Assembly (NCBI GenBank): GCA_046758965.1
Contig: JBHIBG010000003.1
Span: forward strand, 32,001 to 96,000
DNA from: Candidatus Methylomirabilia bacterium
GTDB taxonomy: Bacteria; Methylomirabilota; Methylomirabilia; Rokubacteriales; CSP1-6
Length of the DNA: 64,000 nt
Direction: 5' to 3'
In this document: one piece after another, positions 50,289 through 60,548 of the stretch
Layout: every line of letters starts with the position of its first letter
How positions within the stretch are numbered: the first letter of the stretch is position 1
Program-made: the position numbers and the translations under genes
Notes under the pieces: model-generated
What the model was told of the DNA's origin: nothing
Database searches by the model: none
The model's input: only the letters and a program-made list of their open reading frames with translations

Positions 50289-51416
50289 ATGAGTGCCTCC
50301 ACTCCTGGCGGTGAGCCGGACCCCCGAGGGTCTGGATCTTTGGCTGACAAGAGCACCCCTGGCGCTCCGGCCGCTGAGCGGCCAGGGCAGCAGTGGGTGA
50401 GAATTGGCGGGTTTGCCGCCCTTGTGGCCTTGGCTGTGCTCATGCTCCGCCCATTCCTCGCGCCGGCGGCATGGGCGGTGGTGCTCGTCTTCGCCAGTTG
50501 GCCGCTCTTCCGCTTGATCGAGCGGGCGCTCGCCGGACGAACCGTCTGGGCGGCGCTCTGCGTGACGCTCCTGCTGGTCCTCGTCGTGGTGGTGCCCGCG
50601 ACCTGGGCCTCGCTCGCCCTCGCCAGGGAGGCGCAAGAGCTGTACCTCTATCTGAGGCGGTGGACGCCCACCGTCATCGAGATTCCGAGTTGGGTCAAGG
50701 ACCTCCCGCTGGTAGGTCCCCAGCTCGCCGAACAGTTCGAGGCCCTGCGCGCCCAGCCTGCCGTCGTAGAGGAGTGGCTCCTCTCCCAGGCACGCCCGTG
50801 GGCCCTCTTTCTCGCTGGCGCGGCGCGGGACATCGGAAGGAACGTGGTGAACGCGGCACTGGCCCTCCTGACGCTCTTCTTCCTCTATGTGCACGGCCGA
50901 ACCCTCCTGGCCCAGAGCCGCCGGGTGATGGTCGGGCTAGCAGGAGCCCGGGTGGAAGCGCTTCTCCTCCCCGCCGGGGAAACCATCCGAGCAGTCATGT
51001 ATGGAGTGCTCCTCACAGCGCTCGCGCAGGGAACCCTCGCCGGGCTGGGGTACCTGGTGGCGGGGTTAGGAGCGCCCGTGCTCCTGGCGGTCATTACGAG
51101 CCTCCTGGCCTTCATCCCGTTCGGCGCTCCCGTCGTCTACGTGCCGGCCAGCCTGTGGCTCCTGGTCCAGGGCCGTTACCTTGCCGGTCTGCTGCTGCTG
51201 GCCTGGGGAATTCTCGTGGTGAGCAGCGTGGATAACCTGATTCGCTCATGGCTCATCAGCGGCGTGGCCCGCATCCCGTTCCTCCTGGTCCTGTTCGGGG
51301 TGGTCGGGGGGCTCACCGCCTTCGGGTTGATCGGCGTGTTCATCGGCCCCGTGCTGGTCACGCTGCTCCTCCACTTCTGGCGGGAGTGGGCGGCTGAGGA
51401 AGGGTCCGGTTCCTAA
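50289..51416 (+). CDS. AI-2E family transporter
   Basis: Multi-TM; AQG, FIPFG, VDNLIR, FGLIGVFIGP. Confidence 0.9.
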   Translation: MSASTPGGEPDPRGSGSLADKSTPGAPAAERPGQQWVRIGGFAALVALAVLMLRPFLAPAAWAVVLVFASWPLFRLIERALAGRTVWAALCVTLLLVLVVVVPATWASLALAREAQELYLYLRRWTPTVIEIPSWVKDLPLVGPQLAEQFEALRAQPAVVEEWLLSQARPWALFLAGAARDIGRNVVNAALALLTLFFLYVHGRTLLAQSRRVMVGLAGARVEALLLPAGETIRAVMYGVLLTALAQGTLAGLGYLVAGLGAPVLLAVITSLLAFIPFGAPVVYVPASLWLLVQGRYLAGLLLLAWGILVVSSVDNLIRSWLISGVARIPFLLVLFGVVGGLTAFGLIGVFIGPVLVTLLLHFWREWAAEEGSGS

Positions 51417-51530
51417 CGCCTCGGGCTCCCGCCGTGCCGACTCCCGAGGGGAAGCGGGGCCGCTGCCACGCTGAAGCGGCCCCGCCTCCCGGGCAACACC
51501 GCGGACGCCATCAGGAGAGGAGGAGGCATC

Positions 51531-52466
51531 GTGAATAGTGGGGTGCGGCTTGCCCTCGCGATTCCCCAGACGTTCCTCCATGGTCCTGTGGACACGCGAC
51601 GGATCCGCGACTTTCTCGCGCGCGCCGAGACGCTCGGGTTTGAAAGCGTGTGGGTTTCCGAGCAGGTTCTCGGCTCCATCCCAAGTCTCGATCCCGTCGA
51701 GCTGCTCACCTACGCCGCGGCGGTCACCGAGCGCATCCGCCTGGGCTTCGCGGTGCTGCTGACGGCCTTGCGCAGCCCGGTTCATCTCGCCAAGACCCTG
51801 GCCACGCTCGACCACCTGAGCCGCGGCCGCCTCATCATCGGCGTCGGGCTCGGCGTCAACACGCGTGCCTACCCCGCCTTTGGGATCTCGGCAGACCGCC
51901 GCGTCGCGCGCTTTGTCGAGGGCCTCAGGCTGATGCAACGGCTCTGGATCGAGCCCCGCGTGACGTTCCAAGGGCGGTTCTGGACCCTCGAGAACGCCTC
52001 CATGGAACCCAAGCCGGTGCAGAAGCCGCACCCGCCGATTTGGTTCGGCGCCCATCACCCCAAGGCGCTCACGCGGGCGGTCGCGATGGGGGACGGCTTC
52101 ATCGGCGCGGGGTCCAGCTCCACCACGCAGTTCGTCGAGGAGGTGGGCAGGCTCCGCTCGCTCCTGGACGAGGCTCGGCGTGACCCCGCGACGTTCGCAG
52201 TCGGCAAGCGTGTCTACATCGCCGTCGACAAGGACAAGGCGAAGGTGGGGAAGCGGCTCGCCGAATGGTTTGGGGCGTTCTATGGCAGACCGGAGCTCGC
52301 CGAGCGAGTATCCGTCTACGGCGAGCCGCAGGAGTGCGTTGACCGCCTGGCCGAGCTCGTGGCTGGCGGCGCCAGATTCCTCATCCTCAACCCTGTCTTC
52401 GACGAGACGCAGCAGCTGGAGCGGTTCGCGTCGGAGATCGCGCCGAAGCTCTCGACGAGACCCTGA
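51531..52466 (+). CDS. LLM-class flavin-dependent oxidoreductase
   Basis: AETLGFESVWVSE, ATLDHLSRGRL, PKPVQKPHPPIWFG. Confidence 0.92.
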   Translation: MNSGVRLALAIPQTFLHGPVDTRRIRDFLARAETLGFESVWVSEQVLGSIPSLDPVELLTYAAAVTERIRLGFAVLLTALRSPVHLAKTLATLDHLSRGRLIIGVGLGVNTRAYPAFGISADRRVARFVEGLRLMQRLWIEPRVTFQGRFWTLENASMEPKPVQKPHPPIWFGAHHPKALTRAVAMGDGFIGAGSSSTTQFVEEVGRLRSLLDEARRDPATFAVGKRVYIAVDKDKAKVGKRLAEWFGAFYGRPELAERVSVYGEPQECVDRLAELVAGGARFLILNPVFDETQQLERFASEIAPKLSTRP

Positions 52467-52570
52467 TCGCCTCTTATTCTTCTTGCTTTCACCAAGACGC
52501 GCTGATGTTACAGTCAAGCTGATAGGGGAGCAGAGACCGAACGGTTGACCGCTTATCGGGAGGAAGGTTC

Positions 52571-53254
52571 ATGAGCAGGAGCTACGACGATCGGAAGCGC
52601 CGGGGCAGGCCGACGCACCCTGGCGACTACGAGCCTGAGGAAGAATCTGCGGAGTCTCCGGTGTGGCGCCTGTTTGAGAAGGGATCGTTCCGCGCACTGC
52701 TGGGCGCGCTCGCGCTCGTCGCTCTGGCGTTCACCGCCCTTCCCTACCTGCTGGACCGGATGACGTCCTCGCAGACCCGGAACCTAGCAGTGGAAACTCC
52801 CTCGCTGATCGCACTGAAGCCGCCGGTTTCCCCAACGCCTGGATCGCCCACAGGACCGCCAGCTGTGCGGAAATTCGACACGGTGTATCCTCCCGCACTG
52901 CCGCCGACCACTACGCCCGAATCGGATTCGGCTGCTCCTGCGGCAAGAGTCACTGCCGGCGCCGAGCCTCAGCCGGGAGTGCCCGGCACCCGGGAGACGA
53001 CTGCTCCCGCCCGCTCGAACGGCGGGTTCTGGGTGCAGGTGGGTGCCTTCAAGAACCCTGAGTACGCCGCACGTGTGGCTGCCCGACTCAGCGCCCGGCA
53101 CTACCCTGTCGTGATTCGCCGGCGAGAGGCGGCAGCCGCTCTTCACGTCGTGTGGGCTGGCCGGTATCCGAGCCGGAAACGGGCCGAGGAGGTGCGCGCG
53201 GCCCTGGAAAAGAAGGGGTTCCCGGGCTTCGTCTTGAGAGAAGAGGGGCCGTGA
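52571..53254 (+). CDS. membrane-anchored SPOR domain protein
   Basis: TM, Pro-rich linker, FWVQVGAFKN...VWAGRYPSR. Confidence 0.85.
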   Translation: MSRSYDDRKRRGRPTHPGDYEPEEESAESPVWRLFEKGSFRALLGALALVALAFTALPYLLDRMTSSQTRNLAVETPSLIALKPPVSPTPGSPTGPPAVRKFDTVYPPALPPTTTPESDSAAPAARVTAGAEPQPGVPGTRETTAPARSNGGFWVQVGAFKNPEYAARVAARLSARHYPVVIRRREAAAALHVVWAGRYPSRKRAEEVRAALEKKGFPGFVLREEGP

Positions 53255-53521
53255 GTTCCCGGGGACACTCCGATCGCTCACCGACGAGATTCCTTTCAGC
53301 GAGCCCGATCCTTCTTCAGGCTCCCGTCTCATCCCCCGCCGAGCTCCTGTAGTATCGGGCTCATCATCGGGAGGGGGCGCGGCTCAGACAAGCTGTTTTC
53401 GAGCGGGTCAGTGACGAACCTGCTGCACCGCTTGCTCTCAGCGGCGATTGGGGGTCCAAACTCTCCCAGAACCAGCTCCATGCTGACGAGCTAAAGGGAA
53501 GCCCGGCAGAGAGGAGGGGCC

Positions 53522-54691
53522 GTGACCATCGCCTACCTGTTCGACCTCTACCTCTGTGCGCGGAAGGCACATGACATCTATCTTGTGAAGACCTGCCACA
53601 GCCTGGCCGAGGCAGGTCTGCGGATCTATCTCCTAGCCGGCCGGACCGAGGTCCCTGAGCAAGAGATCTGGTCCTACTACGGCCGTATCCCCCATCCGCG
53701 CCTCACGCTGGTGCAGGTTCCCCGCCTCCACAGAAGGAGCATTCCGCTGCCTTTTCTCCGAAAGCTGAGGATCTCGTACACTGGAATCTTCAACTACTTC
53801 TGCATATCGGCGTTGCGCAGGATCTACCGGAGGGAGGGGCTCGACCTCGTCGTGATCAGCGGGCTCAAGCCGGCGCTGCTCTATCTTCGGCATCAGCGCG
53901 AATTCCAGGTCCCCTACGTTTATGACGTGCACCAGCTGTACAGCAAGGACTCCCCAGTCGCGGAGACAGCGGCTCTCGAACGGAAGATCTTGCAGCAGGC
54001 GAGAAGCCTGATCGTCACCACCTCGGCACTGGAGAAGATGCTGCGGACGGAATACGATCTGGCAGACAAAGTAATCGCAAAGGTCCCTCTAGCGACAGAT
54101 CTTCCGCGCTTCGATCGCTTCTCTGGGGGAGGCGGGGTCAGCGAAAGGGCGAGGATCTGCTACGTCGGACAGGTCTATCCGATGCAGGGGGTAGACCTGC
54201 TCATCGAAAGCCTGCGGTATCTGCCCCAGGTGAGCCTGCAGATCGTCGGAGGAAGAGGGCCCCGAGACCTGGAGCGGCTTAGAGCCCGGGCTGGAGCGCT
54301 AGGAGTAGGGGAGCGCGTCTCTTTTCACGGCTTCATCGCGCCTAACCAGCTGGCCGAGTTTCTCCTGGCCCACGCCGACATCCTCGTCATCCCAACGCGC
54401 TCGGCGGGGCGCATGCCGTATGTGGCCCACACCAAGGTCTACGAGTATTTGGCCCTCGGAAGGCCCATCGTGGCCGCTCGCCTCCCGTCAGTAGAGGAGG
54501 TGTTGACCGACGGTAAGAACGCCGTGCTTGTGGAGCCTGACGACCCGAAGAAGCTAGCGGAAGGCATTCAGCGGATCCTGGATGATCCCGAGCTCGCCCA
54601 TGCCGTCTCCCGCCAGGCGTACGTGGACGCCAAGCAGTACAGCTGGCAGAAGCGGGCCGAATTGCTCAGTTCAGTCTTTAGCCATACATGA
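53522..54691 (+). CDS. GT4 family glycosyltransferase
   Basis: YVGQV, TKVYEYLALGRPIV, LVEPDD, YSWQKRA. Confidence 0.88.
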   Translation: MTIAYLFDLYLCARKAHDIYLVKTCHSLAEAGLRIYLLAGRTEVPEQEIWSYYGRIPHPRLTLVQVPRLHRRSIPLPFLRKLRISYTGIFNYFCISALRRIYRREGLDLVVISGLKPALLYLRHQREFQVPYVYDVHQLYSKDSPVAETAALERKILQQARSLIVTTSALEKMLRTEYDLADKVIAKVPLATDLPRFDRFSGGGGVSERARICYVGQVYPMQGVDLLIESLRYLPQVSLQIVGGRGPRDLERLRARAGALGVGERVSFHGFIAPNQLAEFLLAHADILVIPTRSAGRMPYVAHTKVYEYLALGRPIVAARLPSVEEVLTDGKNAVLVEPDDPKKLAEGIQRILDDPELAHAVSRQAYVDAKQYSWQKRAELLSSVFSHT

Positions 54692-54767
54692 CTGAGCTCC
54701 CGGAAGAGAGTTCCGATCTGGTCGTTCTCGCGGAGACCTTGGAGCACTTGCCATCGGGTGAGCGGCA

Positions 54768-56072
54768 TCAGCGCGGGAAGTTCGCGACAAAGAACGCGTG
54801 CACATTCGGCCGCAGCCGCTGCAGATTCCGCGGATCCATAATGTAGAAAGAGAAGGATTCCGCGAAGTACTCGCCCCACTCTTGGTTCGCATACCGGGTG
54901 ATGCGTACGCCCCCGTCTTTCTCGGCGGCGCGCCTGAATGCGTTTCCTGCCGTACCCGCTGCTTCCGGGACGATCTCGAAGTCACCGGTCTGAGAGCTTC
55001 GTCGCCAGCGGTATCCCGAGGCGGACCGCGCCCGATCTCTCGCGCGCTCGGCTGCGGTAATCTGCTGGCGGAGCCTGTTCCAGGCAGCCTGTTTACCGTT
55101 CGGAACCCGATAGTTGCCGGTACCGGGTGGGGTCTCATAGTGGCTGAAGGCGACGCGCAGTGCCGCTTCAGCCCGCCCGAGACGATCCCATGCATGACGG
55201 AGCGGGCGGAGATCGATCGCGTGGCCGATCTCATGCGCGATGCTTCTCGCCGCATCGGTCGAGAGGCCCTGGCCGGGAGTTCCAAAGCGCGTCATCGACT
55301 CGTGGAAGGCGCGATTGTGCATCGTGATCGTATGCGTCAGGGGGTCATAAGCGCCACCAGGTTGCCTCGGATGCCCGCGGGCTCGATTGAATCGAAGGCC
55401 GTTAACGAGAGAAAGCATTGAGTCCGGAATCCGTGCGAGCGCTTCAAGGACGGCTTCGAACTCCTGATTCGACCAGCTCGAACCGAGCCTGAACTGATGC
55501 TGATCGAACCGCTTGCTGTTGACCTCCACCTGAGAGGGTGGCAGGCCCTCGACTCCGATCGACCCCAACCGCTCTATCAGGACCTCGCGAGTACGTCTGC
55601 CTGTGCGTGGGCGGCGCTCGACATAGGTGTAGCGGAAGGCAGCATAGTCGCCACCATAGCGCTCGAGGTCAAGCGCAAACGTGATGGTTGAGTTCAGGCT
55701 CAGAGTATGCGGGATGATCATTCCCGCGAAGTTGCGTAATCCGTGATGAAGCGGTTGCGGAATTGTTTGCGCGAAGTGAACCGTCACCCCACCCGGCAAC
55801 GAGACTGTTATCCTCCTCGCGTTCGTCGAGAAAAGGTGGTGGATGCCCGAGATGTTCACACGGGACGTCACCACCTTGATCCGCTGCCGTTCCACCCTGG
55901 AAAGGGCCTCACTGAGTGCACCCGCCCGAGGGTCCTCAGCCCCCTTGATCTCGTCAGCGTCGCGGGTCTCGGCGGCACGCGGCACCACGACCGCGGATGC
56001 CGGCCTCGGACCGGTGCAGCCGGCCATGGCAACAGCAAGACCCAGCCCGATGACGATTCGGCTCGGAATCAT
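54768..56072 (-). CDS. lipoprotein with C-terminal HExxH zincin-like domain
   Basis: Lipobox MAGC after ATG 56072; AHEIGHA plus downstream EYFAESF. Confidence 0.65.
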   Translation of the reverse strand: MIPSRIVIGLGLAVAMAGCTGPRPASAVVVPRAAETRDADEIKGAEDPRAGALSEALSRVERQRIKVVTSRVNISGIHHLFSTNARRITVSLPGGVTVHFAQTIPQPLHHGLRNFAGMIIPHTLSLNSTITFALDLERYGGDYAAFRYTYVERRPRTGRRTREVLIERLGSIGVEGLPPSQVEVNSKRFDQHQFRLGSSWSNQEFEAVLEALARIPDSMLSLVNGLRFNRARGHPRQPGGAYDPLTHTITMHNRAFHESMTRFGTPGQGLSTDAARSIAHEIGHAIDLRPLRHAWDRLGRAEAALRVAFSHYETPPGTGNYRVPNGKQAAWNRLRQQITAAERARDRARSASGYRWRRSSQTGDFEIVPEAAGTAGNAFRRAAEKDGGVRITRYANQEWGEYFAESFSFYIMDPRNLQRLRPNVHAFFVANFPR

Positions 56073-56485
56073 GCCCGTCTCCTCTACACGCTCACTACGC
56101 AAGGGTCGTACCAAGTGCCTATCAGAGCTGAAGGCATTGTTTTTCAAAGAGTTACAAATAAGCCCTCGGGGTGAGCGATTCGAGGTCTGCCAAAAATCGC
56201 CAAACCGTCCGTCCGTGGTTCCCAGTTCCTGCCAGCTGAATCCGCTGCCCGGACACAGCTGCTGGCCGGCAGTCGAGTGTGCGGCACGACACAGAGACCC
56301 CTCACCCGCCGAAGCGCCACCTGGATTCCGGGCTCTCACGGGCGTACGGGCCCACACAACACGACGGGCGCCGAGGGTGGCCCCGACGCCCGTGCGAGCC
56401 GTGGTCGAGCCTGAGTCACTTCGTCAGGTCGTATTCGCCTCCTGCCTCGCTGCCGGAGCCCGTGCGCCCATCGCCCTGCACCGAC

Positions 56486-57064
56486 CTATATCCATCCATA
56501 CGGGATCGGTGTGCGGTAGACCCTCCAGGCAAAGAGGGCCGCCAGGACTATGAGGATGGCCGTGAGCGGAGCCCCGAAGGGCGAGACGACCTGAAGGCCG
56601 AGGAGCACGGTGGCAATCACCAGGAAGAGGCAGACGGACGCCAGCCGCTTCCGCCTGAGGCGGAACCCGGCAATCTGGCTCGCGATCGGCTGCGGAATGG
56701 CCTCCCCCTCTGCCTGCGCAAGGAGCCCGTCGATCCGTGGCTGGATCGAGAAGTGAATCACGGAGAGCAGGCTCATCAGGGCCAGAAGAAAGAGGAGCTT
56801 GACCAACAGCACCCAGTTCGTGAAGAGAGAAATGAGGGCACCGCTCATGATGAGGAGCAGGATGCCAGTCACCAGGGCGGTCAGCTGGAAGACGTAGCAG
56901 CGGGTTGAGTTCCCCCGGATGATGTTCTCGAAGTACTGATCCACCTGCAGGTGGGCCTTCCCCAGCTTCACCCGCTCGTTCACGACGATGAGGTTGTAGA
57001 GCGGCGCCGCCATGAAAACCACCGCGAGAACGTGGAGAAACTTCAGCAAATCGTAGAGGCTCAT
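56486..57064 (-). CDS. integral membrane protein of unknown function
   Basis: LKFLHVLA N-terminus; about 5 hydrophobic segments; AGGAGG upstream. Confidence 0.75.
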   Translation of the reverse strand: MSLYDLLKFLHVLAVVFMAAPLYNLIVVNERVKLGKAHLQVDQYFENIIRGNSTRCYVFQLTALVTGILLLIMSGALISLFTNWVLLVKLLFLLALMSLLSVIHFSIQPRIDGLLAQAEGEAIPQPIASQIAGFRLRRKRLASVCLFLVIATVLLGLQVVSPFGAPLTAILIVLAALFAWRVYRTPIPYGWI

Positions 57065-57218
57065 CTCTCCGTTCCTCCTTATATGGTCGGCGGCCCACCG
57101 GGAAGGGCCCCAACTGACACCACGAAGACTCGACGCCCAGCGGGTCGATGCCCTGACTTCTCCTACACTCCGAGCACACCAGGGGTGAAGTCAACCGGAC
57201 AAACTGCTCATTCCCCTA

Positions 57219-57557
57219 GTGCGATTGGCCTATCGGGATCATCCGGGCGACACGGGCGAGGGACTCGTTCCGAACCCACCGCCGTTCGATGAAGTGGCAG
57301 GGCTGATCAAGCAGTGGTATAGCCTCGGCGATCTCGAGATGGGCGAAAACGGGAACGGGACCCTTGAATACAGAAAAGGGGACAACCTGTACAAGAAGGG
57401 CCTGAACATGATCTTCGTGTTCGAGAAGGTCACGGCCGGCCAACACGCAGGGCCTGAAGACGTGGGCAAACTCATGGCGGAGTGCAATGGCCCCCTCGCC
57501 GGGACACAGGGGTCGGCAGGCATGGAAAAGGCCCTGACCGTCTTCCCGAAAAAGTAG
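57219..57557 (+). CDS. hypothetical protein or gene fragment
   Basis: Protein-like composition, but no recognisable motif or clear start. Confidence 0.35.
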   Translation: MRLAYRDHPGDTGEGLVPNPPPFDEVAGLIKQWYSLGDLEMGENGNGTLEYRKGDNLYKKGLNMIFVFEKVTAGQHAGPEDVGKLMAECNGPLAGTQGSAGMEKALTVFPKK

Positions 57558-57610
57558 GAGGCATAGATTCCCCTGACGACGAGCACCAGGGGGGCGTGGG
57601 CGGTCGGGAG

Positions 57611-58819
57611 CTAATTGGTGTGTGGCTCTTGCCTTTCGACAATCACGAGGCAGGTAGCTCCCATCACCCGTCTGATCACCGCGGTCCGGCCAAGTTCGGC
57701 AGGCTCACGCCCCCGCGCACCGACTCGCCTCAATGACACCCGGAAGGAGCTATTCTCGTGTCCCACCACGGGACCTTCCAGCGTGTCTCCTCTCCGGCTG
57801 AGCCTGTAGTGCAAGGAAGCCCCCGCAGTATGCGCTCGGCTGAACGCGTCGTAGGTCCCATCCAGCTCCACGCTGGAGTCAGTGATCGCCCGCACCACCC
57901 CGGATGCCCGGAGATTGCCAGCCCAGTTCCTGACGATCGTGTACCGGCTCATGGTCCAGCGGCGTCTGCCCCGCTCCTCCGTGAACTCAAAGCGCGACAC
58001 GTCGGTGCGGATGGCCGGGCCAACATGCTCCCCTTCCCACGTGCCGACAAACCACGTGGGGCCTGCTCCCCCGGTGGCCTCTGGACGAGGTCTCTCGAAC
58101 AGCGCGGTTGCGTACTGCCCTCTGATGGCCCAGGCGATGTTTTGTGGCGGGGCGCCAGTCGTCCCGAAAAAGTGACGACGGTCCATCGCCACCACCACGC
58201 CGACAACCTCTCCCTTCTGGTTCACCACCGGGCTCCCTGAGCTGCCGGGGAGAACAGGAACGCTGATCTGAAGCCACACATCACCGCGCGGGCCCGAAAG
58301 ACCACTGATAGTGCCCTCGCTGTACGTGGGCTGACCCCTGAGAAAGGTAGGTGCCGGGTATCCGACCGTGAAGACCTCGGCTCCGAGGCGAATCGCTTTC
58401 GGCTCGGCGAAAGTCAAGTATGCGTCCCGACGGCCGCCATCGACTCTCAGCACCGCCAGGTCATGCTCTGATGAGAACGTCTCCACTGCGGCCGGCACAG
58501 ACCCGATTCCCGGGCAGGACAGCTCGATGGCCTTGGCCTGCTCAACGACGTGAAAGTTGGTCATGAACAACCCTTCGGGCCGGATGGCGAACGCCGTGCC
58601 GAACTCGAGCGCCGCCTCGGTACGCTGCGCGATCTGTTCGGTCGGGTCAGCCCAGCCTGCCTGCGCCGCCAGAAGGGGACTCAGGCTGAGCACCGCCCCC
58701 GCCAGTGGAGCGATGAGAAGCCGGGAAATGAGCGTTATCCGGCCCCTGGCGACTGCCCGAGTCGTCCTGTGGGCCCGACTTCCCACCGCCTGCCCAACTT
58801 CCCGGCTGAGCTCATCCAT
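57611..58819 (-). CDS. secreted trypsin-like serine protease with extra C-terminal domain
   Basis: TNFHVV, DLAVL, PGSSGSP. Confidence 0.82.
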   Translation of the reverse strand: MDELSREVGQAVGSRAHRTTRAVARGRITLISRLLIAPLAGAVLSLSPLLAAQAGWADPTEQIAQRTEAALEFGTAFAIRPEGLFMTNFHVVEQAKAIELSCPGIGSVPAAVETFSSEHDLAVLRVDGGRRDAYLTFAEPKAIRLGAEVFTVGYPAPTFLRGQPTYSEGTISGLSGPRGDVWLQISVPVLPGSSGSPVVNQKGEVVGVVVAMDRRHFFGTTGAPPQNIAWAIRGQYATALFERPRPEATGGAGPTWFVGTWEGEHVGPAIRTDVSRFEFTEERGRRRWTMSRYTIVRNWAGNLRASGVVRAITDSSVELDGTYDAFSRAHTAGASLHYRLSRRGDTLEGPVVGHENSSFRVSLRRVGARGREPAELGRTAVIRRVMGATCLVIVERQEPHTN

Positions 58820-58952
58820 GGGGCATCTCACTCCCGCGCAGAAACCCGTCAGCTCTCTGTCGCCGCCCGGCGCCCCCGGCCGTTAACAGGCTGGCGTCCC
58901 GGGACACAGCGCGGCGCCCCTCCGCTTTCGCTGGGGGCGCAGAGCGAGAGGG

Positions 58953-58981
58953 AGTCTAGGCGAGGTCGCCCGGCGTGTCAA
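58953..58981 (-). promoter_or_regulatory. sigma70-type promoter
   Basis: TTGACA-17-TAGACT. Confidence 0.65.
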
Positions 58982-59074
58982 GCGGTGCCAGGTTGCAAGC
59001 CGTAAGCACCTCCTTCGTTTCTTCCGTAGGTGGACACCTCCGCGGACTGGTGGGCGATCGGTAGCTATCGGTAG

Positions 59075-59251
59075 CTAGTTGAACTTGATTTCGACGCACC
59101 GAGCCGCGAAGTGCTTTGCCTGGAAGTTCCTCGCCGCTTTGAAGCAGTCGCTCTTGTTCAAGTAGCTGTTAAACACCACCCACCCGCTCGTATGACCGCT
59201 CCAGTAGAACAGAAACCAATTGAGCAACACCATGGCGACGACTTTTTTCAT
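59075..59251 (-). CDS. small secreted two-Cys protein
   Basis: MKKVVAMVLLNWFLF...W...Y....DC...RC. Confidence 0.6.
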   Translation of the reverse strand: MKKVVAMVLLNWFLFYWSGHTSGWVVFNSYLNKSDCFKAARNFQAKHFAARCVEIKFN

Positions 59252-59594
59252 GATCAGCTCCACCCTTCTGCCCGAGAACGCAGGCCATTTCTGCTGCGCC
59301 GACTCTCCCGGTGCCAGACGCTTACCCGGTCATCCTGAACTGAGGTCTTCTAGGCAGGAATGGGAGGGCTAGCAGCGTGGGGGTAGCGCTGCCGAGGGGG
59401 ACCGCGACCAGGGGGCCCAAGATCCGAGCCCCTGAGCGTGACCAGCAGTGCAGCAAAGGCCGGAGGGAAAGAGCAGAAACGCTTCCGCCGGCCGGCCTGA
59501 CCAACGAGGGCGTCGAAGAGCTGCCCGGGGACCCGATCCGGGGGCATAGCTGCCTCCCCTGAGGGCTGGACTGTCGGATCGTGGACGTGCCGGG

Positions 59595-59623
59595 AGTCTA
59601 GGCGGGGTCCAGGGAGCTGTCAA
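59595..59623 (-). promoter_or_regulatory. sigma70-type promoter
   Basis: TTGACA-17-TAGACT. Confidence 0.65.
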
Positions 59624-59748
59624 GGGGAGGCCGCCCAGGCAAGAACGCAGCGCGGAAATCGTGTCCCGCCGAAACGGCTCTTTGACCCGGGCGCTGGCCG
59701 GGCCGGCAGGAGCCGCTACCGGAGGGAAGCCAGACCGCGGCGGTTATG

Positions 59749-59978
59749 CTAGCGCCGTGCCGATAACCGTCGCACGACCCACTTCGTGGGTGCCCGCCAA
59801 GGATGGCCTTCGGCCGTTGGTCATCGGGCGGTCGTCGCCCATCCTCAACGTACAGGGAGTACGCCTCCGGTGGGCTCCTCCCTCCGTCCTTGATCTGCTC
59901 GGTTCTCGGCACGGCGCGAGTGGCCTCCTGTCAAGATTGGACGCAAACGTGCAGGTGTTGGGCGAACAAGCAAGCTAG
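59749..59978. mobile_element. 230-bp CTAG-bounded MITE-like element, copy 2 (inverted)
   Basis: Reverse complement of 24860-25089, about 14 mismatches by manual count. Confidence 0.8.
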
Positions 59979-60433
59979 CGGCTCGGCCCGTACACGACAG
60001 AGGCCGGAACGCAGCGGCCGGCATCCAACCGGCCGAGCTCTATCAGGGTCCCCAGCCTGGCCTTCTCCGCCAATGCGTCGGTCCTGGCCGTCCCCGGGGT
60101 CGCCTGGGCAGCGAGGTATCTGTGGGTGGTGCGATGAGCTTGCCACTCCGTCGCCCTGCCGGCTTCACATTCTGCCGCCAGATCATAGGCTGCCCACTGC
60201 GTCCATTCCGACAGGGGTGCCGTGTCCTTCGCGATCAACCTTCTGATCACGATTCGCATGGCGTCGTCATACGATGCGCGGGCACGTTGCTGGACTTCTC
60301 TGTCCTCTCGCACCGCCTTGGCTTTGGCTTCGTCCACCGGAGGCACCACCAGAATCCAGCCGCTTTGGGCGGCAGCGGGCAGGGCGAGAACGCAAAGCAA
60401 CAGCAGCATCCCGATCCTGACGGCATTTTTCAT
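59975..60433 (-). CDS. secreted hypothetical protein (W-x-L-x-x-PP ... C ... C-x-P)
   Basis: Signal peptide; AGGAG RBS. Confidence 0.75.
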   Translation of the reverse strand: MKNAVRIGMLLLLCVLALPAAAQSGWILVVPPVDEAKAKAVREDREVQQRARASYDDAMRIVIRRLIAKDTAPLSEWTQWAAYDLAAECEAGRATEWQAHRTTHRYLAAQATPGTARTDALAEKARLGTLIELGRLDAGRCVPASVVYGPSR

Positions 60434-60548
60434 GGTCTCACTCCTGGCCTAGGCCTTTTGGCTTCCCCTTTTTCACCCGTTTCCACCGCGGCTCAGACGG
60501 CCCAGTCAGGATCCAAGCTGATCCGAGCCACCGAGGCCGCTTGACGGG

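Noticed and set aside
58836..58945. Riboswitch-like words (AACCCGTCAGCT; GAAA-tetraloop hairpin with GGGACGC)
   Set aside because: Only isolated words of the c-di-AMP and c-di-GMP-I consensus match, and one is on the wrong strand. An Rfam scan would be needed.
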